Source: Promethearchaeota archaeon | Lineage (GTDB): Archaea > Asgardarchaeota > Lokiarchaeia > Sigyniarchaeales > SOKP01 | DNA length: 64,000 nucleotides | NCBI GenBank assembly: GCA_048938895.1 | Contig: JBHLLU010000013.1 | Coordinates: 23,831-87,830, forward strand | Direction of reading: 5' to 3' | Part shown: positions 27,151-40,558 of the stretch, one piece after another | Layout: each line of letters opens with the position of its first letter | Position numbering within the stretch: the first letter of the stretch is position 1 | The notes under the pieces: generated by a model | Told to the model about the DNA's origin: nothing | The model's input: the letters and a program-made list of their open reading frames with translations, nothing else | The model's database searches: none | Made by a program: the position numbers and the translations under genes

Positions 27151-27546
27151 TTATAGATGATCCAATGTACTGATTACTTTGGTGCTTTTTATTAATTCAA
27201 ATAGTTCTAGAAGCACATTGTCAGGAGCTGCGACCATTACATACTTCAAAGTGCGTATATCCTTTATTTCATTAATAAAATGAAAACCTTTATTTTTCAT
27301 ATGATCTACAAGAGCTTCCAAATCATCTGTTTCAATCCCTAGATGATGAATAGGTCCACGACCTTTTTCTTTAGGTGGTTGGTCATAAAAATTAATTTTT
27401 GATGTCCCAATTGAGATCATTACATTTCTCGCTCCAGCTACTTTTACATCAAAAAGAGTTTCAGCCCCAAACATATCTTGATAAAATTTAATGCTTTCAT
27501 CAAGGTTTGAAGCAAAAAGATGTGCATGATGTAGACTTATTTTCAA
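27151..27546 (-). CDS. VOC/glyoxalase family protein
   Basis: LHHAHL, FYQDMFG, IHHLGI, APDNVLLELFE. Confidence 0.9.
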   Translation of the reverse strand: MKISLHHAHLFASNLDESIKFYQDMFGAETLFDVKVAGARNVMISIGTSKINFYDQPPKEKGRGPIHHLGIETDDLEALVDHMKNKGFHFINEIKDIRTLKYVMVAAPDNVLLELFELIKSTKVISTLDHL

Positions 27547-27610
27547 AATTTTCCCTTTATTATATTAATTCTTTATAGTATAGGGAATAATGAAAATTAT
27601 ATAGATATGT

Positions 27611-28042
27611 TTATGTCATGATATTTTTTTTTGGTCTAATTAGTATGATATGAATAGAAACTGCGAATGCAATACAAATTAATAATATCTGAACCCAAAA
27701 TAACCTAATTAGAAAAAACGAAATCATTATTGTCAACCATAATAGTGCTAGAGTGATAATCTTGATTTTAATTGGCATACCCTTTCCTTCTTTATAATTT
27801 CTAATATAAAATCCAAGAATTTTATTGTTTAGTAACCATCTGTGAAATTTCTGAGATGATTTGGCGAAAGCTGCAGAGGCAAGTAGAAGAAAGGGTGTCG
27901 TGGGAAGAATCGGTATTACAATGCCAATTATACCAAATATGAGTGAAATAAAACCTCCAATGAATATGATAAGGTTTATTGTGTTCTTTTCTTTTTTATT
28001 CTTTTTCTCAATTTGTTCTGTATTTTTAGGATTTTCAATCAT
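27611..28042 (-). CDS. YbaN/DUF454 membrane protein
   Basis: GIVIPILPTTPFLLLA. Confidence 0.9.
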   Translation of the reverse strand: MIENPKNTEQIEKKNKKEKNTINLIIFIGGFISLIFGIIGIVIPILPTTPFLLLASAAFAKSSQKFHRWLLNNKILGFYIRNYKEGKGMPIKIKIITLALLWLTIMISFFLIRLFWVQILLICIAFAVSIHIILIRPKKNIMT

Positions 28043-28069
28043 TGTCTAAAAATCTAAATATAATTATAT

Positions 28070-28489
28070 TTAACTACATTCCTCACATTCATAATAAAGA
28101 TCAATACGTTGAGCTTTAGGCTTAACTCCTGATTCAGAAACAATAGTATTCCAAAGCTCTTTAACTTTCTCAGTTTTAAAATCATGGATTTTTCCACATT
28201 TTGTACAGACCATATTGATATGAAGTTCCATATCTGGATCATATCTTGAACTACCTTCATTGAACCCAAGTTCTTGGATTAAGCCTATTTCTTTTAAAAG
28301 ATGTATGGTTTTATATATAGTTCCTAAACTTATAGTTGGATAGTCTTTTCTCAACCGTTGATATATTTGGTCTGCTGAAGGATGATCTCTTCGTGATAAT
28401 ATAAACTTGCATATTGCTAAACGTTGAGTGGTTACCTTGTATCCCCTTTCTTTAAAAATGTGTATTAATTCTTGATTATCCATTAGCAA
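28070..28489 (-). CDS. Fur/PerR-family regulator
   Basis: TTQRLAI, HPSAD, SLGTIYKT, HINMVCTKCG, CEEC; downstream of katG. Confidence 0.92.
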   Translation of the reverse strand: MLMDNQELIHIFKERGYKVTTQRLAICKFILSRRDHPSADQIYQRLRKDYPTISLGTIYKTIHLLKEIGLIQELGFNEGSSRYDPDMELHINMVCTKCGKIHDFKTEKVKELWNTIVSESGVKPKAQRIDLYYECEECS

Positions 28490-28534
28490 TCAATAAAACC
28501 TTTAATAAAATATAAAAAAAAAATAGAAATTTAA

Positions 28535-30763
<2,229 letters not shown>

Positions 30764-30919
30764 CTAGGAAATTGGAATAATAAAGAATCTAAATCAGATT
30801 ATCAGAACTATTCCTAAATAATAACTATTATTATTTAATTATATTTTTTTTAAAAAAGATTGTGCTTATAACATATAAAAATTTCAAGCAAATTAGGTTT
30901 AAAGCAATTTTATTACAAT

Positions 30920-31963
30920 TTAGTATCTTCTTGGTTTACGAGGATAAGATTTGTATTTTGTTCTTGGTTCTGTGCTAATCCAATCTCTCTGCTCATCAAG
31001 TTGAGAAAGTGAATACAATATATCATATGTAATCCATCGAGATGCTTCTGGTTTTGGTTGATATTCCCATAATTTATAAGATCCTTGGGATTCCTCTAAA
31101 AACCTAACAATTCCTGCAATTCGAGGATCACTCATTGACGCTCCTACACGCCAACATAAATTTAAAATATGGGCGATATCAAATCGAGCAAAGTATGTCA
31201 AATAGCCTCGTGCAGGTTCAATTCCAATATATCTCGCAACTTCAAATCCAAGTGTTTTTCTATCTCTAGTTTCACGGGCAAGCAATAAATCCAATACTCT
31301 TTTAGTTACAGGTCCTTTGGACCTCTTAGGATGGTAAGCAAAAGCAGTTAATGCCCCAGTAGAGTTTGATCGGCATCCTAACCTTGAGTTAGGAAGTTGA
31401 CGATATCCCACTACTTGATATCCGATTTTTCCATCAGGTGATAAATACGTTGGCCATGAACCATCTTCTGCTCTGATACTTAAAAGATAATCGTAAGCTT
31501 TCTCTGATCTTTTATCTTCAGCATATCCACACATCGCTAAAGCTCTCAAAGGGATTGTGGTGATCAATGGGGAGATCACCTCTCCATGATTAGGATGCTT
31601 AAAAGTTGGTTTACCATTCTTGATTGGCCAGGAACCATTAGCTAATTGATGTTTAAATAAAAATTCTGCTGCTCTTTGTATGGGAGGAAAAGATCTATCA
31701 AATCCTAGAAATCCTAATCGAATGAGAGCATGAGCAGTATTTCTTAGAGCACCCTGGAGTCTCAATCCGACTCTATCTGAAGCACCCCAAGAACCATCTT
31801 GACTTTGAAAATTAATTAAATCTCTTATAAGAGGATCTTCAAAGCGTAATTTTTGTAATTCTTGGACCTCCTCATGATTTTCTTTCATATGAAGGAGATT
31901 TCTCAACACTAGATATCGTAAAGCAACTGATTTATCAGCAAGTAATAGTGGTATCCACGTCAT
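30920..31963 (-). CDS. Prenyltransferase/squalene-cyclase-repeat (alpha/alpha toroid) protein
   Basis: QW-like repeats QSQDGSW, QLANGSW, AEDGSW; no DxDD motif. Confidence 0.7.
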   Translation of the reverse strand: MTWIPLLLADKSVALRYLVLRNLLHMKENHEEVQELQKLRFEDPLIRDLINFQSQDGSWGASDRVGLRLQGALRNTAHALIRLGFLGFDRSFPPIQRAAEFLFKHQLANGSWPIKNGKPTFKHPNHGEVISPLITTIPLRALAMCGYAEDKRSEKAYDYLLSIRAEDGSWPTYLSPDGKIGYQVVGYRQLPNSRLGCRSNSTGALTAFAYHPKRSKGPVTKRVLDLLLARETRDRKTLGFEVARYIGIEPARGYLTYFARFDIAHILNLCWRVGASMSDPRIAGIVRFLEESQGSYKLWEYQPKPEASRWITYDILYSLSQLDEQRDWISTEPRTKYKSYPRKPRRY

Positions 31964-34900
31964 GATGTACCCTCCAAGATTCTTTTAAGGTATGGGGTAC
32001 TTGGTGTATTCTTTTCCATAATTGTTTCTGGTGTACCAGATGCTATAACTTCACCTCCATCTGGTCCCCCAACAGGGCCTAATTCTATTAACCAATCACA
32101 CGCTGCCAGTATATTTGGATGGTGTTCGACAACAATAACAGAATTTCCTTCTTTTACCAATCTCTTAAGAATCCCTATCAAACGTTCGACATCTTCTAAA
32201 TGCTGACCATAGGACGGTTCATCCAGAATATATAAGCTATTAGATTTGGTTTTTTTGCATAATTCATTAGCAATTTTCATTCTTTGGGCTTCTCCTCCAC
32301 TTAAAGTATATCCTGGTTGCTGCAGAACTAAGTAACCTAGTCCAACATCAATAGCAGCTTTTAAATAACGATTAATATATTCACTTTCCTCTTTGAATAA
32401 TGAATATACCTCATTGATCGTCAATTTCCCCAGTTCAGGCAGTGAATATCCATTTACTTTTACATCCCAAAGTTCTGGAGCATAACCAGTACCTTTACAG
32501 ATATCACAATCAGAAAAGGTTGTGGGTAGAAAACCCATATCCATTTGAATCCTACCACGACCCTTACATACAGTACACCTTTTTTTAAAAGTTGCTTCGG
32601 TAAGTCCCAACACATCAGCATCTTCACTTTCAGCAAATATTTTAACAATTTTGTTGTATAAACCAAAGTATCGCATAGGGCTATAGATTTTTTTTTTTGA
32701 TTGATCAACCAGTAATACTTTTTTAGGCGCACCCTCAATTGAATCATGATCTCCTGGTTTAATTTGTTCAGAGGCTAAAGAGGTGGTAAATTTTTTGGAA
32801 CTAAGTGCAATTCCAAGTGTATCAATAACCAATGAGCTTTTTCCTGAACCTGAAAGCCCTAAAACACCAACTAAAACTCCCAAGGGAATTCGAACATCAA
32901 CATTTTTAAGATTGTTTTCTCTTGCTCCTTTGATCCTCATCCATTTCTTAGGTTGAATCCTTTCTACTTGATTTGTTGAAATAGTTTTACGTTTTCCACT
33001 TAACCATTGAGAAGTTATTGTATCTTTTTTTAATATTTCATCAAGGGTTCCTTGAGCTATAACTTCACCCCCAAAAGTACCCGCTCCTGGACCCATATCT
33101 ATAATATGATCTGCTTTTTTAATAATCTCTTGATCATGTTCAACCACAATTACAGTATTTCCCTCTTCACATAATTTTTTTAATACTTCAGAAAGGTTAT
33201 TTACTTCTGATGAATGTAATCCACGGCTAGGTTCGTCTAATAACAAAGTTATTGAAGTCAAACCGCTTCCTAGAGTAGATGCTATTCGGAGTCTTTCATA
33301 TTCCCCAGCTGAAAGGGTGTATACAGGACGATCTATATTTAAATAGCCTAACCCTACTTTCTGGATATTTTCTAATCGTTTGATCAATCTCTCCCAATAT
33401 TGTTTTTTAAGAGGGAATGGTGAAAAATCTTCCACATTTATCATTTTCAATAAAGCTGAAAGATTCTGAAGAGTCATTTGGCGAAGTTCATGAATATTTT
33501 TTCCCTTCAATCTAAGAGACAAATAATCACTTCTGAGACGTTGTCCATTACATTCGGGACAAGTAAATTTATCAGAGTAGGTTTCAAATAAATCTCCAAA
33601 TGACCACCAAGAAAATCCACCCCATTCATGAAATGGTCCAGTCCACTTGCTTTTTCTTATCCCTTTTTTTACTGTTCTTGTTTCATACTCATGCTCAAAT
33701 AAAATATCACATCCAAACAGAAATGCTTGCTGAGCTTCCTCTGACATTTCATTCCAAGGAGTTTTTTCAGGATCATATCCAAAATGTTTACTCATCGCCC
33801 TTAGTGTATAATAGGGGTGATTGTATTTTTTACAATAATACCCAAATGGCCAAAAGCCAGGTGAATACATCGCCCCTCCACATATTGGTTTGTCAGGATG
33901 AATAATGAGCTTTTCTGGATTAGGTTTTCCAAAAAAACCTAAACCTTTACATTTGGGACAGCATGTAGCCAAATTCATAGGTGAAAGCATCTCAGGGGTT
34001 ATGATTCCTAAATGACGATCACACTCTGGACAAGACCATCCATCTTTTTTATTAACCATAAGTTTTTCACAATTTGGACATTCTATCTTTCCAAGAGTTG
34101 CTACAATGCTAAATAAATTATTGAGTAAATCTGCTGCATTTCCAACAATATAACGGGGATCAATTCGCCAAGAGTAATATGAACCACCAGCTCTAGTGAC
34201 AGCTGTTACTCCCAATCCTGAAATACTATCAACTGGTGCCTCAGGACCTTCATTTATACTTTGTCTCTCATACATAGATAAGCTCTCTAAAAATCTTCTG
34301 CGAGCTTCTAATTCTAAAACATCACTAACTAAACTAGATTTCCCGGATCCTGACACTCCAGTGACAACTGTTAATTTCCCTTTGGGGATAGTTACAGATA
34401 CATTTTTTAGGTTGTTCGCTCTCGCTCCTTTTATCGAAATTTGTTCTGGATTTGAAAGTTTTTTATTAATTACAAAATATTCGGGAATACTTGCTTTTTC
34501 ATCAATAAGAGCTTTTGCAGTTAGTGATTCTGAATTTTCGATTAAAGATTTGTAATCTCCCATGTGAATTAATTTACCACCTTTAGGCCCAGCTCCAGGG
34601 CCTAAATCAATAATCCAATCTGCAGCTCGAATAATATCCGTATTATGTTCCACTATAACTATTGTAGCTCCAACCCTAACAAGTCTGTCGAGTATTGTCA
34701 ATAATCCAGAAAGATCAAAGGGAGATAATCCAGTACTGGGTTCATCTAATACTATTAAATGCTTGGACAAATCCTTCTTTCCTAGGTATTTTGCTAATTT
34801 AACACGTTGAGCTTCCCCACCTGATAGAGAGGGTGATGGCTGCCCAATATGTAGATAACCCAAACCAATATCAATCATTGCATCTAAAATTGACTTTGCT

Positions 34901-36873
34901 GAATTTAACTCTGAATCAGAAAGAAACGTACTGTTCAAAATAAAGGGAGTAGCTTCTTCTATACTAAGTTCATAAAAATCACCAATTGATGCTTTTTGGC
35001 CGTTAAATTCAACTTTTACTTGCATTACTTCCTCATTAAACCTTTTGCCATTACACATCTCACAAGGAAGCCAAATAGGTGCAATATAAGGGAGTTTAAT
35101 TTCTTCTGCTCCTATCCCTTTGCATTTAGGGCATTGACCTTCCTTCCGATTAAATGAAAAATGTGATATAGACAATCCTGAAGCTTTTGCAAATAAATTT
35201 CGTACTATATCTGACAATTTTGTGTAAGTGGCTGGATTAGAACGAGGATTCTTCCCAATTGGAGATTGGTCAACTAAAACAGGTTTTATTGGGGATCCTC
35301 TAATTCCTTTGCACCCAATATTTTCTTTTTTCGTTAGGGAAGCGACTAAAACATCTTTAACGAATGTACTCTTTCCTGAACCAGATACACCGGAAACAAC
35401 TGTTAATCTTTCCAAAGGAATCTTTATATCAATATTTTTCAAGTTGCGAAGATGCACACCTTCAATTTCAAGAAATTGCCTAGGAGGAGGACGCATTTTT
35501 GGTATATGGACTTTTTCTCGAAAGCTGAAATATCTACCAGTCTTTGTATCTTGTTGCCATAACTCCCTAGGAGGACCTGTAAATACAATCTCACCTCCCT
35601 TCTTTCCAGCTCCTGGCCCAATATCTATAGAGTTATCTGCAATCGCAGCAGCCATACGATCATGTTCAACATAAACAACTGGACCTGCGAGATCTCGGAA
35701 AGCAGGTAAAAATTGTATTATGTCTGATGCTGCTAATCCAATTGTGGGTTCATCTAAAACATGTAACATATCTTCTAAGCGACTTGCAAGAATAACAGCT
35801 AATCTAACTCGTTGAGATTCCCCACGACTTAAAGTAGGGGAAGAACGGTCTAGAGAAATATATCCTAAACCCACCCTCTGCAAAGCCCGTATTCGTTTTG
35901 CTATTTCTTCCTTTAATCTTTTTGCTGTCTTTGGGAAGAATGTACCATTTATCACGGAAGCAAAATCGTCAACCGACAATCTCAAGAGTTCAGGAAGATT
36001 TTTACCTTGCCATTTTACTGCTGCTGCTTCCGGATGAATACCAGTACCTTGACATTTCTCACAACCCTTCCCTTTACAATACTCACATTGCTGGTGAAAG
36101 TATTTGGGCTCTAACTCAATAAAATTATAATCGCATACAGAGCATGTTTGGGATTTATTTAATACAAGTTCTTGATCCTTATGCCTACCAATAACAAGAG
36201 AAGATCCAAGTTCAAAAATCTGTTGAATAAGATTACGTATTTCAGTTACTTTTACATTTCTATTAAGATCAGCTAGCTTTATTTCAACTGTATGGGTTTT
36301 CGAAGGATCGAGATGAGGAGGATCAATGATGCATGAGCTACCGTCAATATATATAGCTTCATCATCAAATCTTTCCCTCAACATGCTTATTAACGTTTTA
36401 TGGCTTCCAATTGCAAATCTAACTATGGGTACAAAGATTTCAAGAGAATGGGATTTCAATTCTTGCTGCAATCGTTCAATTATGGCGTCTTCAGAAAATT
36501 GAATTAGTCCTGTTCCACATTTAGGACAGAATCGTTCTCCAAAATTAGAAAATAATATTCTTAAGAATGGATGCAACCCTGATGCAGTCGCTAAAGTTGA
36601 AAATGGATTTCGATTTAATACATTTTGATCAATAGCAATCGCAGGACTTACTCCAGTAATACTCTCCACTTTTGCTTTAGGCATTCGTAAACGAGATGAT
36701 CTGGGAGTGAAAATTTCAATAAACCGCCTTCTCGCTTCATGGTATAGAGTATTATAGACTAAGCTGGATTTTCCACTTCCAGAGATGCCCGATACTACTG
36801 TCAGACCATCTTGGAGGATAACATCAATATTCTTTAAATTGTTTTCTCTTGCTCCTTTAATCTTTATTTCCAT
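31960..36873 (-). CDS. Double-length UvrA-family ATPase (four ABC domains)
   Basis: Four NLxN / GxSGSGKS / LSxGExxR / DEP sets and multiple CxxC modules. Confidence 0.92.
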   Translation of the reverse strand: MEIKIKGARENNLKNIDVILQDGLTVVSGISGSGKSSLVYNTLYHEARRRFIEIFTPRSSRLRMPKAKVESITGVSPAIAIDQNVLNRNPFSTLATASGLHPFLRILFSNFGERFCPKCGTGLIQFSEDAIIERLQQELKSHSLEIFVPIVRFAIGSHKTLISMLRERFDDEAIYIDGSSCIIDPPHLDPSKTHTVEIKLADLNRNVKVTEIRNLIQQIFELGSSLVIGRHKDQELVLNKSQTCSVCDYNFIELEPKYFHQQCEYCKGKGCEKCQGTGIHPEAAAVKWQGKNLPELLRLSVDDFASVINGTFFPKTAKRLKEEIAKRIRALQRVGLGYISLDRSSPTLSRGESQRVRLAVILASRLEDMLHVLDEPTIGLAASDIIQFLPAFRDLAGPVVYVEHDRMAAAIADNSIDIGPGAGKKGGEIVFTGPPRELWQQDTKTGRYFSFREKVHIPKMRPPPRQFLEIEGVHLRNLKNIDIKIPLERLTVVSGVSGSGKSTFVKDVLVASLTKKENIGCKGIRGSPIKPVLVDQSPIGKNPRSNPATYTKLSDIVRNLFAKASGLSISHFSFNRKEGQCPKCKGIGAEEIKLPYIAPIWLPCEMCNGKRFNEEVMQVKVEFNGQKASIGDFYELSIEEATPFILNSTFLSDSELNSAKSILDAMIDIGLGYLHIGQPSPSLSGGEAQRVKLAKYLGKKDLSKHLIVLDEPSTGLSPFDLSGLLTILDRLVRVGATIVIVEHNTDIIRAADWIIDLGPGAGPKGGKLIHMGDYKSLIENSESLTAKALIDEKASIPEYFVINKKLSNPEQISIKGARANNLKNVSVTIPKGKLTVVTGVSGSGKSSLVSDVLELEARRRFLESLSMYERQSINEGPEAPVDSISGLGVTAVTRAGGSYYSWRIDPRYIVGNAADLLNNLFSIVATLGKIECPNCEKLMVNKKDGWSCPECDRHLGIITPEMLSPMNLATCCPKCKGLGFFGKPNPEKLIIHPDKPICGGAMYSPGFWPFGYYCKKYNHPYYTLRAMSKHFGYDPEKTPWNEMSEEAQQAFLFGCDILFEHEYETRTVKKGIRKSKWTGPFHEWGGFSWWSFGDLFETYSDKFTCPECNGQRLRSDYLSLRLKGKNIHELRQMTLQNLSALLKMINVEDFSPFPLKKQYWERLIKRLENIQKVGLGYLNIDRPVYTLSAGEYERLRIASTLGSGLTSITLLLDEPSRGLHSSEVNNLSEVLKKLCEEGNTVIVVEHDQEIIKKADHIIDMGPGAGTFGGEVIAQGTLDEILKKDTITSQWLSGKRKTISTNQVERIQPKKWMRIKGARENNLKNVDVRIPLGVLVGVLGLSGSGKSSLVIDTLGIALSSKKFTTSLASEQIKPGDHDSIEGAPKKVLLVDQSKKKIYSPMRYFGLYNKIVKIFAESEDADVLGLTEATFKKRCTVCKGRGRIQMDMGFLPTTFSDCDICKGTGYAPELWDVKVNGYSLPELGKLTINEVYSLFKEESEYINRYLKAAIDVGLGYLVLQQPGYTLSGGEAQRMKIANELCKKTKSNSLYILDEPSYGQHLEDVERLIGILKRLVKEGNSVIVVEHHPNILAACDWLIELGPVGGPDGGEVIASGTPETIMEKNTPSTPYLKRILEGTS

Positions 36874-36924
36874 AGGAACTAAATTCTTAATTTTTTATCT
36901 CAGTAGGTATTGAATTAATTAAAA

Positions 36925-39462
36925 TTAATTTAAATAAAAACCCGTAATGGAATTGTTATTTTTTTTCATTTCTTCTGGGGTGCCCTCAAAAATAATTTCC
37001 CCTCCCTTTGGTCCACCCTCTGGTCCTAATTCAAATATATAATCACAATAAGAGAGAATTTGGGGGTCATGCTCTATAATTAGAACAGTATTGCCTTCTT
37101 GAACTAACTTCTCTAACAATTCCATCAACTTTATAGCATCGTAAAATGACAATCCTACAGTAGGTTCATCTAAAATGTAAAGAGATTTTCCTTTTCTTAA
37201 CTTTCCCAATTCTTTAGCCAATTTGACTCTTTGGGCTTCACCTCCGCTTAGTGAAGGAGTGGGTTGCCCAAGCTCAATATATCCCATTCCTATATCATCC
37301 AAAATTTGTAGAACCTTTGAAATACTTCCATTAGTTTTAAATACTTCTACTGCCTCGTTGACTGTCATCTCAAGTACATCCGAAATAGTCTTTCCTTTAT
37401 ATTTAACTTCTAATATTTCTTGTTTATATCTTAGACCCTTGCACTCCTTACAAGGAATTTCAAAACTTGTAAGGAAAGAAACTTGAAGGTCTTGTACTCC
37501 TTGACCTTTGCATGCTGGACAACGACCTCGATCGGAATTATAAGAGAAATGGCCTGAGGTATATTTCCTTTTTTTAGCTTCAGAAGTCTTTGCAAATAAG
37601 TTTCTAATTTTATCCCATATACCTATAAAGGAACAGGGAGTTGATGTTCGAACACGTGATATTGGTTTTTGATTGACTACAACAATGCCATCTAAATTTT
37701 CCCATCCCTCAATTTTACCAGTATATTCTAATAATTCTTCATTATTTTCTTCTTCATCACCGTTTTCAACTTTCTTAGACTTCTGATTTCTTATTGTTCT
37801 TTTAAAATAAGGTTTCAATAGAGGAACAAGTGTATCTAAAATGAGAGAACTTTTTCCAGATCCAGAGACTCCTGCGATCCCAACCATTAATCCTAAAGGA
37901 AATCTTATTGTAACATTCTTTAGGTTGTTGGTATTCGTATTTTTAAGAATTAAGTGTCTTGTTGTATCATTTATTCCTCTTTCTTCTTTTTTTTCTGGTA
38001 ATTCAATATCTCCAGCAAGAAACTGGCCAGTGTAAGACTTTTTAATTTTTGTAATTCCCTCTAATGAGCCTTGATATATTATTTTACCTCCGTCAATACC
38101 AGCCCCAGGACCTATATCGATTATTTCATCGGCGATCTCAATAAATCGTTTATCATGTTCAACAATTATAACTGTATTTCCCAAATCTTTCAATTGCTTT
38201 AATATATCAATCAATGAATCTTTCTCACGCTCATGTAGACTCATGCTTGGTTCATCTAATATATAAATCAATGAATCTAAGCCGCCATCTAGATGAGTCA
38301 TTAGAGATAATCTCTGTAGTTCACCTCCGCTAAGCGATGGCAATGTACGATGTAAATGTAAATATTTTAATCCAACTTGTATTAATCGGGTAAGACTTTG
38401 GTTTATATTTCTTAAAATAGCCTTTCCTTGGGGAGTTTTTATCTCGTGTTCTGTAAAATCATTTAATATCAAGATTAAATCATCAATAGGCATCATAGCT
38501 AATTCACCTATATGCTTACCTCCGATTTTTATCTCACGAGCTTCATCATTTATTCGGTAGCCATTACACTCTTCACATTTCTTTTTTGACATGAATTCAT
38601 TATGTATCTTCTGTCTTCTATAAGTGCTCTTGCTTTCTGCTAAAGCTCTATTTATGTGTGGAATAATTCCTTCAAACACGCGTTCTAACTCCCCACTAAA
38701 GGTTTTTGATTCCCACTGAAATTTAAGTTTCCTTCCACTACCGTATAAATATACATGTTTAACTTCCTCCGGTAAATCTTTAAAAGGGGAGTTTATATCA
38801 AAATTGTAAAACTTTGGTAATTGTTCTACAAATCGGATTTGATCTGCGAAAACCGCTGAACCAGCTTTGGTTATTCCTATTAAGTTCTTATTGTAATCTT
38901 GAACAATCATTTCTTCTGTGATAAGCAATTTGTAACCTCGACCTTTACACTCTAAGCACATACCAGAAGGTTCATTAAAGGAAAAATGTTTGATTTGCTT
39001 TCGTTCTACAATCATCCCACAAATATCACATTCTAAACTAGATTGATTTACAGGTTCCTTACAAATTGGACATATTAAAATACCCTCAGTGGCATACAAC
39101 ATGCGTAAAAGTCCATAAATGTCTGTTTTTGTACCAACGGTGGAACGTGGATTAAAAACCCTCGTTGTTCTTTGTTCAACAGCAACAGTAGGGCTAAGTC
39201 CTTCTATTAAATCAAATGGTTTCTCATCTTCAAACTTAGGAGGAAATCCTATTGATTGAAGGTATCTGGACATCCCCTCTTCAAATAAAATATCAAACGC
39301 TAAGCTTGATTTTCCTGAACCAGAAACTCCTGTAATTAAAACGAATTTTCCTTTTGTTATATTCACATCAACATTTTTAAGGTTATGAATTCTTGCTCCA
39401 ACAACTTTTATTTGATCCATCTTTCTACACTTTCTATAATTATTTAACTTTTTGAAATACAT
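36925..39462 (-). CDS. UvrA-family ATPase, class II/DrrC-like (no UvrB-binding domain)
   Basis: GARIHNLKN, two ABC domains, short spacer between the first two CxxC; start probably MDQIKV. Confidence 0.9.
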   Translation of the reverse strand: MYFKKLNNYRKCRKMDQIKVVGARIHNLKNVDVNITKGKFVLITGVSGSGKSSLAFDILFEEGMSRYLQSIGFPPKFEDEKPFDLIEGLSPTVAVEQRTTRVFNPRSTVGTKTDIYGLLRMLYATEGILICPICKEPVNQSSLECDICGMIVERKQIKHFSFNEPSGMCLECKGRGYKLLITEEMIVQDYNKNLIGITKAGSAVFADQIRFVEQLPKFYNFDINSPFKDLPEEVKHVYLYGSGRKLKFQWESKTFSGELERVFEGIIPHINRALAESKSTYRRQKIHNEFMSKKKCEECNGYRINDEAREIKIGGKHIGELAMMPIDDLILILNDFTEHEIKTPQGKAILRNINQSLTRLIQVGLKYLHLHRTLPSLSGGELQRLSLMTHLDGGLDSLIYILDEPSMSLHEREKDSLIDILKQLKDLGNTVIIVEHDKRFIEIADEIIDIGPGAGIDGGKIIYQGSLEGITKIKKSYTGQFLAGDIELPEKKEERGINDTTRHLILKNTNTNNLKNVTIRFPLGLMVGIAGVSGSGKSSLILDTLVPLLKPYFKRTIRNQKSKKVENGDEEENNEELLEYTGKIEGWENLDGIVVVNQKPISRVRTSTPCSFIGIWDKIRNLFAKTSEAKKRKYTSGHFSYNSDRGRCPACKGQGVQDLQVSFLTSFEIPCKECKGLRYKQEILEVKYKGKTISDVLEMTVNEAVEVFKTNGSISKVLQILDDIGMGYIELGQPTPSLSGGEAQRVKLAKELGKLRKGKSLYILDEPTVGLSFYDAIKLMELLEKLVQEGNTVLIIEHDPQILSYCDYIFELGPEGGPKGGEIIFEGTPEEMKKNNNSITGFYLN

Positions 39463-40111
39463 ACGTTATACAATCAAATCCTGCCGGATTTTTCTTAACC
39501 ATCTCTATTTCTGTAATGTGACGTTGAATTTCTTTTAAATTATCAAGATTTCCATATTTTTTGCGTAAAGAGTTTATTTTTTCTTCCAAGGGAGCATAAT
39601 AATCTGTCCACCAACATTCGCTCTCCCAGGGAATTTGCTTTATTAATTTAAATCCAAACCTGGGAAAATGCTTTAATTTTCTATTTACCCAATTATTTGC
39701 CTCCCCTGAGACCATGAACCCATGCAACTTTAATATTCTGTTACATTCTGTTAAAGTCTTCTTCAAATCAAGCAAATGGGCCACGCCTTCCTCCCAGAGG
39801 ATGTCAAAGGCCTCATCCTTAAATTTTGTGTTATAAATCGAACGATTATAAACATTTATTTTTTCTGAAAGTCCTAAATTTTTGATCTTTATACTTAACT
39901 TATCCAAGGCTTTTTGATCAATATCAATCCCCGTTATTTCACCATTACTTAATCTTGCAAGTTCTAATGTAGGTATACCTGTGCCACATCCAATATCGAG
40001 GATGCGAGGGTGATCTATTTTTGGTATACTTTCAAAAGCCATTTTTGTATATTTTAGAAAAACTGATCTTATTCCATCAGCATCCAATTCTCTTAATATT
40101 TCTTCAGTCAT
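39440..40111 (-). CDS. Class I SAM-dependent methyltransferase
   Basis: ILDIGCGTG, GIDID, FDILWEEG. Confidence 0.9.
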   Translation of the reverse strand: MTEEILRELDADGIRSVFLKYTKMAFESIPKIDHPRILDIGCGTGIPTLELARLSNGEITGIDIDQKALDKLSIKIKNLGLSEKINVYNRSIYNTKFKDEAFDILWEEGVAHLLDLKKTLTECNRILKLHGFMVSGEANNWVNRKLKHFPRFGFKLIKQIPWESECWWTDYYAPLEEKINSLRKKYGNLDNLKEIQRHITEIEMVKKNPAGFDCITYVFQKVK

Positions 40112-40553
40112 TTTTCCACTCTTTTTTATTAGGATTATATTTTAACCCACAATCATAACATTCGGTATCGTGGATACAAATTTCTCCCCCACATATGGGG
40201 CATGTATAGGATTCTCTTTGTTCTTCGAGCCACTTTTCGACACCGACTTCTTTAATTCTTATTAGATTCTCTATCATATTCACAGACCACCTTTCTTGAT
40301 ATTGAGAATCAATTTTTTGTAAATTTTGACAAGGAAACTGTTCACATTCATAACAATAATCTAATTCTTTCTTTCTTAAAGCAGGACAATCTCTTCTTAT
40401 AAACGCACAATTTTTATTTCTTATTCTACAACCTTTACAACCCATTTTGTAACCTCTTTCTTCTAGCAAATCCTTTTTCCAGAGAAGATATTGTCTACAA
40501 GCACCACAATATATCCCACAAGGAGCTACTAAACTGTTATCAACCATTTTCAA
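40104..40553 (-). CDS. DUF3795-like Cys-rich protein
   Basis: APCGIYCGAC..CKGC..CYECEQFPC..CPICG. Confidence 0.8.
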   Translation of the reverse strand: MKMVDNSLVAPCGIYCGACRQYLLWKKDLLEERGYKMGCKGCRIRNKNCAFIRRDCPALRKKELDYCYECEQFPCQNLQKIDSQYQERWSVNMIENLIRIKEVGVEKWLEEQRESYTCPICGGEICIHDTECYDCGLKYNPNKKEWKND

Positions 40554-40558
40554 TGCCT

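Noticed and set aside
30920-31963. Squalene-hopene or sterol cyclase
   Set aside because: Too short (347 aa) and lacks the DxDD/DCTAE catalytic motif.
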